Part shown: piece by piece, positions 11,818-24,863 of the stretch
Numbering within the stretch: position 1 is the stretch's first letter
Layout: every line of letters starts with the position of its first letter
Assembly: GCA_964016885.1 (NCBI GenBank)
Contig: OZ024748.1
Span: forward strand, 20,336,001-20,400,000
DNA: 64,000 bases
Reading direction: 5' to 3'
Origin: Eledone cirrhosa
Lineage: Eukaryota
Notes under the pieces: model-generated
What the model was told of the DNA's origin: nothing
What the model saw: the letters and a program-made list of their open reading frames with translations, nothing else
Databases searched by the model: none
Position numbers and translations under genes: made by a program

Positions 11818-13140
11818 TCTATATATCTAAAACAGAGAATGTCTGTCTGACTCCCTAAAACTCGAGAACCACCCAACTGATTTATTTCAAACTTTACACA
11901 TGTAATACTTATGGTCGTGTGAGTGTTTTGAGCAAAAAACATTTCGAATTTTCAATGCCCTAGGGACCGCATTAGGCGATTTAGCGATCTCTTTCTATAA
12001 TTCTTCGTCTTTCTTTTTAGATAGATACATAGCCACGACGTCACGCCCTTATAATATCTGTCTGTCTGGCTGTCTGCATTACGACATTATGACGCTATCT
12101 GTGTGTGTGTATATATGTATATATAGTGTGTGTGTATATAGATATATATATAGATATATATATAGATATATATTTAGATATATATATATATAGCATGTAA
12201 CGTTTTTTGAAATAATTACTTCGGCGTTCACAGATTGATGTTTTTAGTTTCAGAAGATCCCATTAAGGGTGAAAGCAGCGATTTTTTGCTTAAACTTTAA
12301 TCTGTTATTTTAATATATATATATATAATTATATGTATAATCAGTTCCTGATTATTTACTAGAATTCTATAAAAACCAAACATCCATGATTTCAGCAAAC
12401 AGGGGGAGTAGTTGGCTTTGATAAGCATCAATAAATGCGAAACAAGGCCTTGTCAGCTTTATCTCCCCCTGCTTGCTGAAGTTAAAGTAAGTGAGTCTGT
12501 CACTACTCTAGAACAATAGCATGAGGTCTTCGAGATGCTTTTGATTAAGCATGCAGTGTATTGCAAAATACACTATATATACATTCATATATAATTATAT
12601 ATTCGTGTACAGATATTTTTGCATACACAAAAACAAAATATAAACAGCAGCAAAAACAACAACAAAAAAGAGAGGGAATGCAATTACATGCTTTTGAAAA
12701 ATCGTAATGGAAAATTATTTGCCTATTCACCGAAGGTGACTTCACTTTTCATTAGGACTTCTGCAGCAATTGGTGAACATACAACGAAGCATTGAAAGGA
12801 GTAAGACAACACAACCCTCCACCACTGCAGTCCCACATACTTACTGCTCTGTAACTATTGCTTTCATTGTACCATAGCATAACAAATACATGTTCAGTTT
12901 CTCGAATGCCTTTTTACTTAACCCTATCGTCTTGGCTTTCGTGGGTTGAACATTTTACTCTCAGGCACCCAATTAAGTTAAACCCCTGGTAATCTACGAC
13001 AAATTTTTTTTATAAGCACAAAATGTAGACACCATCGCCAGGCCGAGGTATTCCGTACTTCTCTGTACTGTTTCAGAAAGGAGGGATAAACATGCCAATC
13101 TATGTTTAGAATCCCGAGCAACGCCGGGCTATTCTGCTAG
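11818..13140 (+). mobile_element. Non-autonomous Helitron
   Basis: A|TC-tatatatctaaaa 5' end; subterminal hairpin cccgagcaacgccggg, then CTAG|T; internal blocks shared with 26234-27364. Confidence 0.82.
12391..12480 (+). ncRNA. Degenerate type I hammerhead (retrozyme-like family), core mutated to TTGATAA
   Basis: ggct-TTGATAA-gcat...atgc-GAAA-caaggccttg-TC-agct, with extended stem I ttcagcaaacagggggag/ctccccctgcttgctgaa; homologous to 32728-32817. Confidence 0.6.
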
Positions 13141-13266
13141 TGTTATATAATTTACTTGATTAGAAGTGGAGGTCTGTCGCCTAGTGGTAAGTGTGATGGA
13201 CTTATGATCATAATGTAGCAGGTTTGATTCCTGGACTGGGTTGTATACTGTGTTTTTGAGCAGAAA

Positions 13267-13900
13267 GTGGTGGTGGTGGTGATAGTAGTAGTAGTAGTGG
13301 TGGTTGTAATGGTGGTGATAGTAGTAGTATTGGTGGTGGTGGTGATAGTAATAGTATTGGTGGTGTTGATGGTAGTAATAGTAGTGGTGGTGGTGGTGAT
13401 AGTAGTAGTATTGTTGCTGATGGTGATAGTAATAGTATTGGTGGTGTTGATAGTAGTAGTAGTAGTGGTGGTGGTGGTGATAGTAGTAGTATTGGTCGTG
13501 TTGACGGTAGTAGTAGTAGTAGTGGTGGTTGTAATGGTGGTGATAGTAGTAGTATTGGTGGTGTTGATGGTAGTAGTAGTAGTAGTGGTGGTGGTTGTAA
13601 TGGTGGTGATAGTAGTAGTATTGGTGGTGTTGATGGTAGTAGTAGTAGTGGTGGTTGTAATGGTGGTGATAGTAGTAGTATTGGTGGTGGTGGTAGTAGT
13701 AGGAATAGTAGTGGCAGTAGTAGTAGAGGTGATAATGGTGGTGATGGTAGTAGTATTTGTATCAGTAGTAGTAGTAGTAGTAGTCATAGTAGGGACAGTA
13801 GTGGTGGTAGTAGTAGAGGTGATAATGGTGGTGATAGTAGTAGTATTAGAAGTGATAATGGTGGTGATGGTAGTAGTAGTAGTAGCAGTAGTAGTAGTTA
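13267..13900. repeat. Compound (GTA/GTG/GAT)n trinucleotide array starting at an exon donor
   Basis: Explains the poly-Thr and poly-Val ORFs. Confidence 0.92.
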
Positions 13901-13901
13901 C

Positions 13902-13954
13902 CCTTGTCCATTTCACCATCTCAGCTTGATGCTTCTCTGTCCACTCTGACCGAC
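13902..13954 (-). CDS. MYO15: MYO15-like exon (RSEWTEKHQAEMVKWTR)
   Basis: 53 nt, phase 1-0; W-containing segment before P.I..PLL of MyTH4. Confidence 0.88.
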
Positions 13955-14029
13955 CTGTCAACAGAAGAAAAATAAATTGTCTTTAGTTCTTTTCTGATTC
14001 TTCAAGTGATGTAAAAATATTAAATTTTA

Positions 14030-14096
14030 TAACACACATACACACATACATACACACATAGAGACAGACAGACACACACACACACACATAGAGACA

Positions 14097-14166
<70 letters not shown>

Positions 14167-14633
14167 CAGACATACACATATAGAGAGACAGACAGACAGA
14201 CACATATAGAGAGACAGACAGACAGACATATATAGAGACAGACGTACACATATAGAGAGACAGACACACACACACACACACACATATAGAGAGAGACAGA
14301 CAGACACACATACACATATAGAGACAGACACACACACATATTGACAGACAGACACATAGACACACATACATAGGGAGACAGACAGACACACACACATATA
14401 GAGACAGACAGACAGACACATATAGAGAGAGAGACACACACACACACACACACACATATAGAGAGAGAGACAGACACACATACACATATAGAGACAGACA
14501 CACACACATATTGACAGACAGACACATAGACACACATACATAGGGAGACAGACACACACACATATAGAGACAGACAGACAGACACACACATAGACAGAGA
14601 TAGACAGACAGACACACACAAGGAATAATAAAT

Positions 14634-14699
<66 letters not shown>

Positions 14700-14700
14700 G
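14030..14700. repeat. Compound CA/GA/GACA microsatellite filling a small intron
   Basis: Direct inspection. Confidence 0.9.
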
Positions 14701-14709
14701 CCAACTTAC

Positions 14710-14735
14710 TCATTCCTGTTTTCAACATTTCCATT
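14710..14735 (-). CDS. MYO15: 26-nt microexon (MEMLKTGM)
   Basis: poly-T tract then ctag acceptor, gtaagt donor; converts phase 2 to phase 1 as the neighbouring exons require. Confidence 0.8.
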
Positions 14736-15254
14736 CTAGAAAAAAAAAAAATTTAAATGATACAATTGAGAGAATATAATTATTCCTACTTTTGGCACAA
14801 GGCCATCAATTACCCAGTACATTACTGGTACTTTATTTTATCGACCCGTATGGATGAAAGGCAAAGTTAACCTCGGCGGAATTTGAACTCAGGTCATAAA
14901 GGGACGTAACTATGGTGGAAAGCATGTCCGACCCTCTACCGATACTGCCAATTCACCAATGGTTTCTAGTCTGGGTACAAAGCCAGCAATTTGGGGTGGG
15001 GGTGGAGAGGAAAGTCGATTGCATTGCTCCCAGTATTTAGTACTTCAATGCTAGAGTAAATGTGTGGCAGGCATGACAGAGTTATTAAGAATTTCACTTT
15101 GTAGAAACTATACATGTTTTTTTAACTGCAACTTTGTTGAAGAATCTGTCTTCAATTTATTTTTTCTAATGTTTCAATTAAGATAAGTACTTTGGGAATA
15201 TTTATAAATAATATTAATCTTCCTTTCTATTTGAGATTTTTTTTATTTGTTATT

Positions 15255-15575
15255 TTCAGAGTCACTCCAGGTAGAGCCGCTACTTCTCCGAATTGAGAGA
15301 TCACAGCTGCGATACTATGGGCATGTGGTTAGAATATCTCAAGAAAGAATCGCTGGACAGATTTTATGAGCAAAACCAACAGTTAGGAGACCCAGGTGTA
15401 GACCCCAAGCAAGATGGTTGGATAACATCCATGAGGAGCTTGGCTGCTTTTGCTTGGGGATCCAGCAGGATCAGTTGGAGATGGTTGCTTCTGTCAAGAC
15501 TTGTTGTAAGGAGTTTTTGAGGACTTTGTCCCTACAACCCTCTCAGGAATAAGTGGAAGAACAACAACAACAAAA
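15255..15575 (+). mobile_element. RTE-type LINE 3' fragment, no array
   Basis: Reverse-complement similarity to 5150-5440; (CAA)n tail. Confidence 0.72.
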
Positions 15576-16049
15576 ATTAAGCAACAATATACCCTCTAAT
15601 TTTATTTAACCCTTTTGATACCAAACCATTTGAAACTGCCCTTGGTTTTCCATCACAAATTTCCTGTGTTTTTAAGTTTTTATATCTTTCTAAACACCTT
15701 CCATCATAATTTTATGTGAGAACTTTTGGTAAGTTATGCTCTAAACACCAGCTTAACACTGAGAAGGCTACTTGTTTTACTAAATCTTTTAAAATTCTTG
15801 ATTATCTTTGAAATTATTGGAACATCATAGGCAGTGTCTGTCATTAGAAATATGGCAATGAAAGGGCTAAATACATAGGCCAGTGTCTTTCATTAGAAAT
15901 ATGGTAATGAAAGGGTTAAAGATATAGGCAGTGTCTCTTATTAGGAATATGGTAACAAAAGAGTTAACAGGATAATACATAACGGATTTAAAAACAGAAT
16001 AAAAGCTATTTTGGGAAATGTGACAAAGGCATAGAAGAAACCAACTCAC

Positions 16050-16168
16050 TTCTTTATACTCTCTTGGAAATGGTGAATTGCAAATTCTAGCATTGGGAAG
16101 TTCCCATCAGCTACAGTAACAGAACTAATGTCACTTTGGTTGTCTGCATGACCATTCAACAACACTGA
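16050..16168 (-). CDS. MYO15: MYO15-like exon (SVLLNGH...DGNFPMLEFAIHHFQESIK)
   Basis: 119 nt, phase 0-2; M.EFA..F motif before MyTH4-2. Confidence 0.9.
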
Positions 16169-19100
16169 CTGCAATATCAGAGATTTCAATTCACTTTTAG
16201 AAACTTATTCAGAAATTTTGTTAACAGAAATGGCAATTAAAGAAAAAGATAAAAAAAATTTCTGTTGAATAAATTGATTGAATACATCAAAAGAAATGAA
16301 GCACAAAGTCAATGAAAAATACCTTTTAACCCTTTAGCATTCACATTACTCTATATATACTATTATATTTTCATGGTAAAGGCTTTATCTCGCATAATTA
16401 TCTCACATAATATTGAATCTATGAGATATTGAAAGTATTTATTTTGAGAACAATACCTTAACATCAGTTTGAGCGACCAGTTACAGCCAGTTTCAACAGA
16501 AAGAGGTAGAGAATTCTGGCCGGTTTTGGCCGGTTTGAACATTAAAGGCTTAAATATATCCTTAGATAAGGAAATATATTTGGAATGCAGCAAATGAAAT
16601 TTTGGAATAGAAATAGAAATAGAAGCATCATTGTAACATTGACCACATAATGTGCTGATACATACATTTTTCCATTTGGTGCATTAGCAATATCTGTAGA
16701 GCGTCAGACACCATGCTTTGCAACATAGAGTTATGGCCCTTTGTGAGTTCAAATCCCACTGAGGTCAGCTTTGCCTCTCATCCTTACGGAGTTGATAAAA
16801 TAAAGTACCAGTAATACACTGGGGTAATTACTGGCCTTGTGCCAAAAGTAGAAACAATTATTAGACTATATTATGTGGTCAATAATACGTCAGCATTTCT
16901 ATTTCTATTTCAATTCTAACCCTTAAATATATTTTACTGAGTAGTGGTTCTTGGCCAAGTTTCACCAAAATGTTATGAAGAATGTAAACACACTTTTCCC
17001 CCCTCCAGCAGCTTTTATCCCCAATTTGGTAGACTATTTTCCATAGTAAAAAAAAAAATACGTTGAAGCTTGTAAATTTTCAATAAATTCATATCCACTC
17101 AACATTTCTAAAAATAGATTGTGTTCCACCAAAATGTTATGAAGAATATAAACACACTTTTTTCCCCAATTTGGTAGACTATTTGTTTCATAGTAAGAAA
17201 AAACAAAAAATGTTGAAGCTTGTAAATTTTCAAGACATTCATATCTACTCAACATTTCTAAAAATAGATTGTGGGTTTTTTTGTGTGTGTGGGGGCACTA
17301 ACAATTTTATTTGAGGCGCAACTTCCAATTACAAAACGCTTTAACCCTTTAGCATTTACATTAATCTATATTTACTATTATATTTTCGGGGTAAAGGCTT
17401 TACCTCACATAATTATCTCACATAATATCCAATCTATGAGATTTTGATTTTATTTATTTTGATAACAATAGCTTAATATCAGTATGAGTGGCCGGTTACA
17501 GCTGGTTTGAACAGAAAGTAGTGATAGAATTCTGGCTGGATATGGTCGGTTTAAAAGGGTTAAAAGTATATATTTGTTCACCACAATAGTGTGTTAGCAG
17601 GTGTTAGGAATTCACTTATGAATATAGTCATGTTGAGATCAATTTGGTTTATCATCTTATCGGGTTTAACAAAATAAAGTATTTGTCCAGGGATTATCAA
17701 AACTGCTAGGGCACCAGGTGAGACACGTAGTGATATTTGTTCTGGTTTGTAGAGTTTTGAGTTAAAATCCTGCTGTGTATTGTATGAAGGAGGTGAAGAG
17801 AGTCGGGTGGACTTAGTCCGTTGTCCAGGTTAAATCAACCACCACCTGGCCCTTGAGTGATTTTAGTGGAATCCACTAAAACTAAAATACAACAACAAAA
17901 ACTATCACATAAAACATGATAGAGATGTTGTTGTTGCTCCAGTAGATCTATAAGCAAAGATGTTCCATCTGTGGTCAGCTTTCTTTTTCATTTCATAAAC
18001 ATAATATAAATACAACTACATTATCCAATGTGTTTTTTTACTTTAATGAATATGTGAGATTTGAGGAAGATTTGACTACTATTTCCAGTAGGTTGGGTTA
18101 CCATGTAGATGATTCTTCATTTTCTTTTTTTTTGTGTGTGTGTGTAATACAGAGGTTTAGAAGAGTTGGAAAATATTTAATACAAAAATGAAGATTATAG
18201 CTATACTCCTGGTCATATTTGTCTCTCCTCTTGTCACACATATTATGCCTTCAAAACATTCCACCTCACCACATGCCCCATAATAATCACAACACCCAGT
18301 CCTTCTCCAAAATGTTGGCCCTCTGGAATTCTTCCTTTACCTATGGTTTTTCTTCCACCATCAACTTGAAACTCTTCAACAATATTAACTTCAAAGAACT
18401 TGTGAAAACTAGACATTTCTCTTTCCACAAATATGATAAAATATAATTAAAAAAGTCATAAAAAAGCTCCTGTGCTGTTTAACCCACTTCATGAATATAA
18501 AGCAATATAAAGCAATATAGAAAAACTAAAAAAAAACACAATTATTTGTTATATAGAGCCCAACTGAACGACAACGTTGTTGTGGTGGTGATAAGACAAA
18601 AGATAGGAGCAGCAAAATATTTGGTATTTAATGAGCAGAAAGAAGAGAAAAAACCCAAATTGTAAATATAGACGAACAGTGGAAAGGCACAGGAATATAT
18701 TTGGTATATAATGGATAAAAATAGGAGAGAAAGCCCATATAAATATTGAAAAGGTGCAGGAGAAATGTTGTATTTGGTGAACAGAAATAAGAGAGAAGAA
18801 CCAGAAAGAGAGAAGTCCCACAATGTAAATATTGCAAAGGTACCGGAAAATATAATATTTAATAGTCAGAAAGAAGAGAGAAGGCTCAGAAGATATATAT
18901 ATATAAACAGCGGAATGGTGCAGGAATATATTTGGTATTTAATGGAGAGAAATAGAAGAAAAGACTTAGAGTGTATAAATATTGACAAATATTGGAAAGG
19001 TGCAGAAAAAATGTAACATTTAATAAACAAAAATAGGAGTGAAGGCTCAGAAGCTAGATACTGACAAAGGGAGGGTGGTTCCCTATCAATCAAAAATGTT

Positions 19101-19977
19101 GGGGACTGAAAGCAAAATACTGTTTCAGGTATAGAAATATGGCAACATTACAAAGCAGATTGAATTTGATGAATGAGATTCACCAGTTTTTTCATCAGTT
19201 AAATATGTTTTAGCTTTAACCCTTTTGGCACTAAACCCCATGAAACCAACCTGGGTTCTACAATAATAAAAATCTATTTGTTTTAAAGTGATTATATATA
19301 TTTAAAAACCTTGGTTCTACAATAAAAAACTATTTGCTTTAAAGTGATTATATTTATCTTAAACCATTGGTTCTAAATAAAAAAAAATATTTGTTTTTAA
19401 GTGTTTATATTTATCTTAAAACCTTGGTTATACAATAAAAAATACTATTTGTTTTATCTAAAAATCTCCCATCATAATTTTATGTAAGACCACGAAGGAC
19501 CTTGATGAATGGAGAGTTGCTGTGCTGAAGAGGACCTTTCCCACCCTTGCAATCAAGGAAAAGTGGACGTAAAATGATGATGATCCTTTGTTATATTACT
19601 TTGGAATCACCAGCTTAATAACGAGGGAGATAGTTATATTATTAAAACCCTCCAAATTCTTGATTATTTTAAAACTCTTTGGAAATCATAGGGAGTATCT
19701 TTCATTTGAAATATGGTAACAAAATGGTTAATGATACAGTTTATTAGACATATGGTAAATAAAAAACCTCAAAGTAAAGCCATTTTTTGGTAAGTTTCTT
19801 TAGTGACTAAGGGCAAGATGAGCAGTAAAAGCAGTGGCGTGTATTTGTAAAAAGCAAAGACAGATTTGTAGACCACTAGATTCATCATCATAGTACTTGA
19901 ATAATGACATTAAGCTTTTGAAATGATGTAATAAATTAATGATGATATAAACTATTTTTGAATCTGCTTGATGTTAT

Positions 19978-21135
19978 TTTGAAAGAGATGGTATCAGTGT
20001 GAAGCTACTGTCCCTCAAATACACAATATACCATTTGAAAGAGATGGTATCAGTGTGTGAGGCTACTGTCCCTCAAATACACAATATACCATTTGAAAGA
20101 GATGGTATCAGTGTGTGAAGCTACTGTCCCTTAAATACACAATATACCATTTGAAAGAGATGGTATCAGTGTGTGAGGCTACTGTCCCTCAAATACACAA
20201 TATACCATTTGAAAGAGATGGTATCACTGTGTGAAGCTACTGTCCCTCAAATACACAATATACCATTTGAAAGAGACGGTATCACTGTGTGAAGCTACTG
20301 TCCCTTAAATACACAATATACCATTTGAAAGAGATGGTATCAGTGTGTGAGGCTACTGTCCCTCAAATACACAATATACCATTTGAAAGAGATGGTATCA
20401 GTGTGTGAGGCTACTGTCCCTCAAATACACAATATACCATTTGAAAGAGACGGTATCACTGTGTGAAGCTACTGTCCCTCAAATACACAATGTTCCATTT
20501 GAAAGAGATAATATCAGTGTGTGAGGCTACTATCCCTCAAATATATAATAATAATAATAATGAAATTATTGAGTACAGTGCTCAGGTGCACTACAACTCA
20601 TCAAAGGTGCATGTATAGTACATAGAATAATGTACAAATGTCAGGAAAATAAACAGTGTATGAGTCATGATATAATAACAATAACAATAATGAAATATTG
20701 TGCACAGTGCCCAGGTGCACCACAACCCATCAAAAAAGTGCATGTACAGTACATAGGGCAATGCACAAACATCAGTAAAATGAACAGTGCACACATGTGT
20801 GCATGTGTATGGAAGGGGCACATCAGGTGTAGTTTTGGCGTATTTCGGGAAGCATGAGTGTCTTAAAGGATGCAGTGTCTCGGCAGCTAACAATTGACGC
20901 AGGCAGTTTGTTCCATGTTTCAGCAACTCTGAGCGTGAAAAAATGTCTGCGAAAGTCATGGGAGCTGTGCTGTTTTCTTATCTTGTAGGCATGTCCACGT
21001 GTGTTAGATACATGGAGATCAAAGAGGCGCTCAGGGTTGCAGTTGGCGAGATGGTTAAAAACTTTGTGGGTATTCACAAATATACCATTTGAAAGAGATG
21101 GAATCACTATGGGTGGCTACTGTCCCTCAAATATG
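19978..21135. repeat. 58-bp minisatellite (~10 copies, plus one beyond the LINE insertion)
   Basis: unit tttgaaagagatggtatcagtgtgtgaggctactgtccctcaaatacacaatatacca. Confidence 0.92.
20545..21075 (-). mobile_element. CR1-type LINE 3' fragment inserted in a 58-bp minisatellite
   Basis: ORF ...NTRGHAYKIRKQHSSHDFRRHFFTLRVAETWNKLP..., typical of the CR1/L2-group RT C-terminus; (ATT)n tail. Confidence 0.82.
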
Positions 21136-21355
21136 CAGCATTCGATTTGCTTATCATAGCATTTTCTTTTCATGCCATGCCACTGAATAAAAGCACTTAG
21201 AATGGACATTTATGAAGTTTAGCAGTGTTAGTTAAAAGATGAAGAGGTTGAATTTTCAAAGCAAAATGTCTTAATGTTGTGCTGAAGTATGGAGAAGTTA
21301 AAAAGAGGAGGCCCGGATGTGCAACAATAAGGAGTAATATGCCTCATAATGTTAC

Positions 21356-21409
21356 CTCATTAAAAGATCTGGGTGCTACTTTCTTATACTTGTTAGGTAT
21401 TGCGTACAT
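21356..21409 (-). CDS. MYO15: Probable symmetric exon after SH3 (MYAIPNKYKKVAPRSFNE)
   Basis: 54 nt, ttttttcag/gtaac, phase 0-0, open frame. Confidence 0.62.
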
Positions 21410-21649
21410 CTGAAAAAATGTTCAATGATTGTCATATAAAAATGGCCTGTTTATGAGAGCTCAGCTGTATGTTGTATGTACAATGGTATAACTGGTACAG
21501 AGTGAAGGATAGGGGAAAGAGGGAGAGTGGAATGAGAGGGAGAGGAGAGGAGGAGAGGAAGTGTTTGTGAACTCAGCCTTACATGATTAACATAAGAAAT
21601 AAGTGATATTTGGTGACTATTTATTATAATAAATTGTCACCAATAATAT

Positions 21650-22745
21650 GTTAACAATATGTTAATAATTATTAACATATTGTTAACATATGGATTGTTA
21701 ACATATTATTGTTAACAAATGTATTGTTAACGTATGGATTGTTAACATATTATTGTTAACAAATGTATTGTTAACATATGGATTGTTAACATATTATTGT
21801 TAACAAATGTATTGTTAACGTATGGATTGTTAACATATTGTTAACAAATGTATTGTTAACGTATGGATTGTTAACATATGTTAACAAATGTATTGTTAAT
21901 GTATGGATTGTTAACATATTGTTAACAAATGTATTGTTAATGTATGGATTGTTAACATATTATTGTTAACAAATGTATTGTTAACGTATGGATTGTTAAC
22001 ATATTGTTAACAAATGTATTGTTAATGTATGGATTGTTAACATATTATTGTTGTTAACAAATGTATTGTTAACGTATGGATTGTTAACATATTATTGTTA
22101 ACAAATGTATTGTTAACGTATGGATTGTTAACATATTGTTAACAAATGTATTGTTAACGTATGGATTGTTAACATATTATTGTTAACAAATGTATTGTAA
22201 ACGTATGGATTGTTAACATATTATTGTTAACAAATGTATTATTAACATATGGATTGTTAACATATTATTGTTAACAAATGTATTGTTAATGTATGGATTG
22301 TTAACATATTGTTAACAAATGTATTGTTAACGTATGGATTGTTAACATATTATTGTTAACAAATGTATTGTTAACATATGGATTGTTAACATATTGTTAA
22401 CAAATGTATTGTTAACGTATGGATTGTTAACATATTGTTAACAAATGTATTGTTAACGTATGGATTGTTAACATATTATTGTTAACAAATGTATTGTTAA
22501 CGTATGGATTGTTAACATATTATTGTTAACAAATGTATTGTTAATGTATGGATTGTTAACAAATGTATTGTTAATGTATGGATTGTTAACATATTATTGT
22601 TAACAAATGTATTGTAAATGTATGGATTGTTAACATATTATTGTTAACAAATGTATTGTAAACGTATGGATTGTTAACATATTATTGTTAACAAATGTAT
22701 TGTTAACGTATGGATTGTTAACATATTATTGTTAACAAATGGATT
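21650..22745. repeat. 41/44-bp minisatellite built from three GTTAAC palindromes per unit
   Basis: unit ttgttaacaaatgtattgttaacgtatggattgttaacat(att)a. Confidence 0.93.
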
Positions 22746-22914
22746 GTTTGTATGTGTGTCTGGGTGTGTGTGTATGTATGTGTGCATGTGCATGCATACG
22801 TGTAAGTTTGTGTGCAGGGTTTCTGTATGTACATATGTAGGTATGTATGTATGTTAGGTATGTATATATGTCAGGTCACCAGTTGGTGCTACTGGTAAAA
22901 TGTATCCCAATACA

Positions 22915-24070
22915 ACCTGTCTCATGGTCGGGTCGTTGGCGACTAAACTGGCAACCCCACCAAGGTTTCTTGGTGAGGAGGGTAACTTTCGACATCCTGC
23001 AGGACTAAAAACAAAACCTGTCAAAGGATAAAGGAGCTCTTAAGAGTCAATGGCCATCCAAAATCACCGGGAGAGATGACCCCTTAGCCTTGCCAAGGCA
23101 GAATTCTAGGAGAAGGAAAACTCTGATATAACACCTGCAACTATGATGGTATCCAATGATGTTCACTTGTTCATCTTTTTGGTAAATATCATCTTGGTTA
23201 AGAGAGTGGGACTGGCTTTGTGCAGTGCCTTTGCTCACTATAAAAGCTTCACGGCACAGGCATTGCTTTATATCTGGAGATCTCTTTGCACTTGTCGTCA
23301 CATGGTACCATGGGCCCAGCACTATGTGTCAATAATTGTCACAAGTGTAGTGTTTGTACCAGAGTTTTCAAGTCGCTGGCTGGACTAAAAAGTCACACTC
23401 GTTCAGCGCATCGGTAGGGGTTCTCCTACATGGATATAAAGTAGTGGCCGTACTCGAAAACGAGTTGGCAGCCACCATGTATGTATGTGTGTGTATGTAT
23501 ATATATATGTGAATATATGAATGTATATTTGTATGTGTGTATATATCTATATACATATGTATGTGTGTGTGCATGTATGTATGTATGTGTGTTTATGAGT
23601 ATATATGTGTGTATATAGCTATATAGATATGTATGTATGAATGTATGTGTATGTATGTGTGAGAGATAACCCCTTAGCCTTTGTCAAGGCAGAATTCTAG
23701 GAGAAGGAAAACTCTGATATAACACCTGCAACCCTGATGGTATCCAATGATGTTGACTTCTTCTTCTTTTTGGTAAATATCATCTTGGTCAAGAGAGTGG
23801 GACTGGCTTTGTGCAGTGCCTTTGCTCACTATAAAAGCTTCACGGCACAGGCATTGCTTTATATCTGGAGATCTCTTTGCACTTGTCGTCACATGGTACC
23901 ATGGGCCCAGCACTATGTGTCAATAATTGTCACAAGTGTAGTGTTTGAACCAGAGTTTTCAAGTCGCTGGCTGGACTAAAAAGTCACACTCGTTCAGCGC
24001 ATCGGTAGGGGTTCTCCTACATGGATATAAAGTAGTTGCCGTACCCGAAAACGAGTTGGCAGCCACCATG
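22915..24070 (+). mobile_element. Interspersed repeat (possibly an RTE-like 5' region) with a ~400-bp direct duplication
   Basis: 23080-23480 recurs at 23670-24070 with few substitutions; a related segment lies at ~51470-51560. Confidence 0.55.
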
Positions 24071-24182
24071 TATGTGTATGTATGTTTGCCAAAAATACAA
24101 GCAAAAATTACAAAAATAACAAAAAATAACTACAAAACCTTCCCCTAAAAGAGAAACAAATGAATTGAAGTGAAATGCTTAC

Positions 24183-24283
24183 TGGTTCTCTTGAAGCTGT
24201 GAGAACTTCATGTCTTGAGAGGAGACGGACATATTCTTCAGGGAAGAACCCAACGTTACCATTTAATGAGCCATACAACCATC
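24183..24283 (-). CDS. MYO15: MYO15-like exon, SH3 C-half (GWLYGSLNGNVGFFPEEYV...)
   Basis: 101 nt, phase 1-0; GW..G...G.FP..YV. Confidence 0.95.
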
Positions 24284-24417
24284 CTGAAGAAAACAATGAA
24301 AATCTATAACATATGAGTATCTACTTTGTTTTGTAAGATTCTTCATGTTAAATCATGTGTTGGGTCTTGAAACAGACATTGTTATACTTTGGGAGTTTCC
24401 AGTTGCCATTTAAATAC

Positions 24418-24863
24418 TTAACCCTTTAGCATTTGCATTATTCTATATTTACTGATGTGATTATGAGACGGTGGATTAGCAGTATCGGTAGAGGGTCGGA
24501 CACCATGCTTTGTAGCATAGAGTTACGCCCCTTTATGGTCTGAGTTCAAATCCCAGCGAGGTTAACTTTGCCTTTCATCCTTACGGGGTGGATAAAATAA
24601 AGTACCAGTAATGCACTGGGATAATTGCTGGCCTTGTGCCAAAAGTAGAAGCAATTATTCTATATGTACTATTTTATTTTCACAGTAAGGCTTTAACTCA
24701 CATAGTTATCTCATATATTATTGAATCTATGATTTTGATGTTATTTATTTTGATGTTATTTATTCCTCAACGTTGGTATGAGTGGCTGGTTACAGCCTGT
24801 TTGAACAGAAAGAGGAGAGAAAATCGTGGCTAGATATGGCCGGTTGAAATGCTGAAGGGTTAA
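24418..24863. mobile_element. piggyBac-like MITE with a nested tRNA-derived SINE (~24468-24657)
   Basis: TTAA-CCCT and AGGG-TTAA ends; the SINE interrupts the MITE body. Confidence 0.78.

Noticed and set aside
13152-13961. 269-aa Thr-rich mucin-like ORF
   Set aside because: Only the first ~18 codons are a real exon; the rest is read-through past a GT donor into a trinucleotide array.
18243-18428. 61-aa minus-strand ORF in the SH3-MyTH4 intron
   Set aside because: No splice sites giving an open phase-0 exon, and no recognisable homology.
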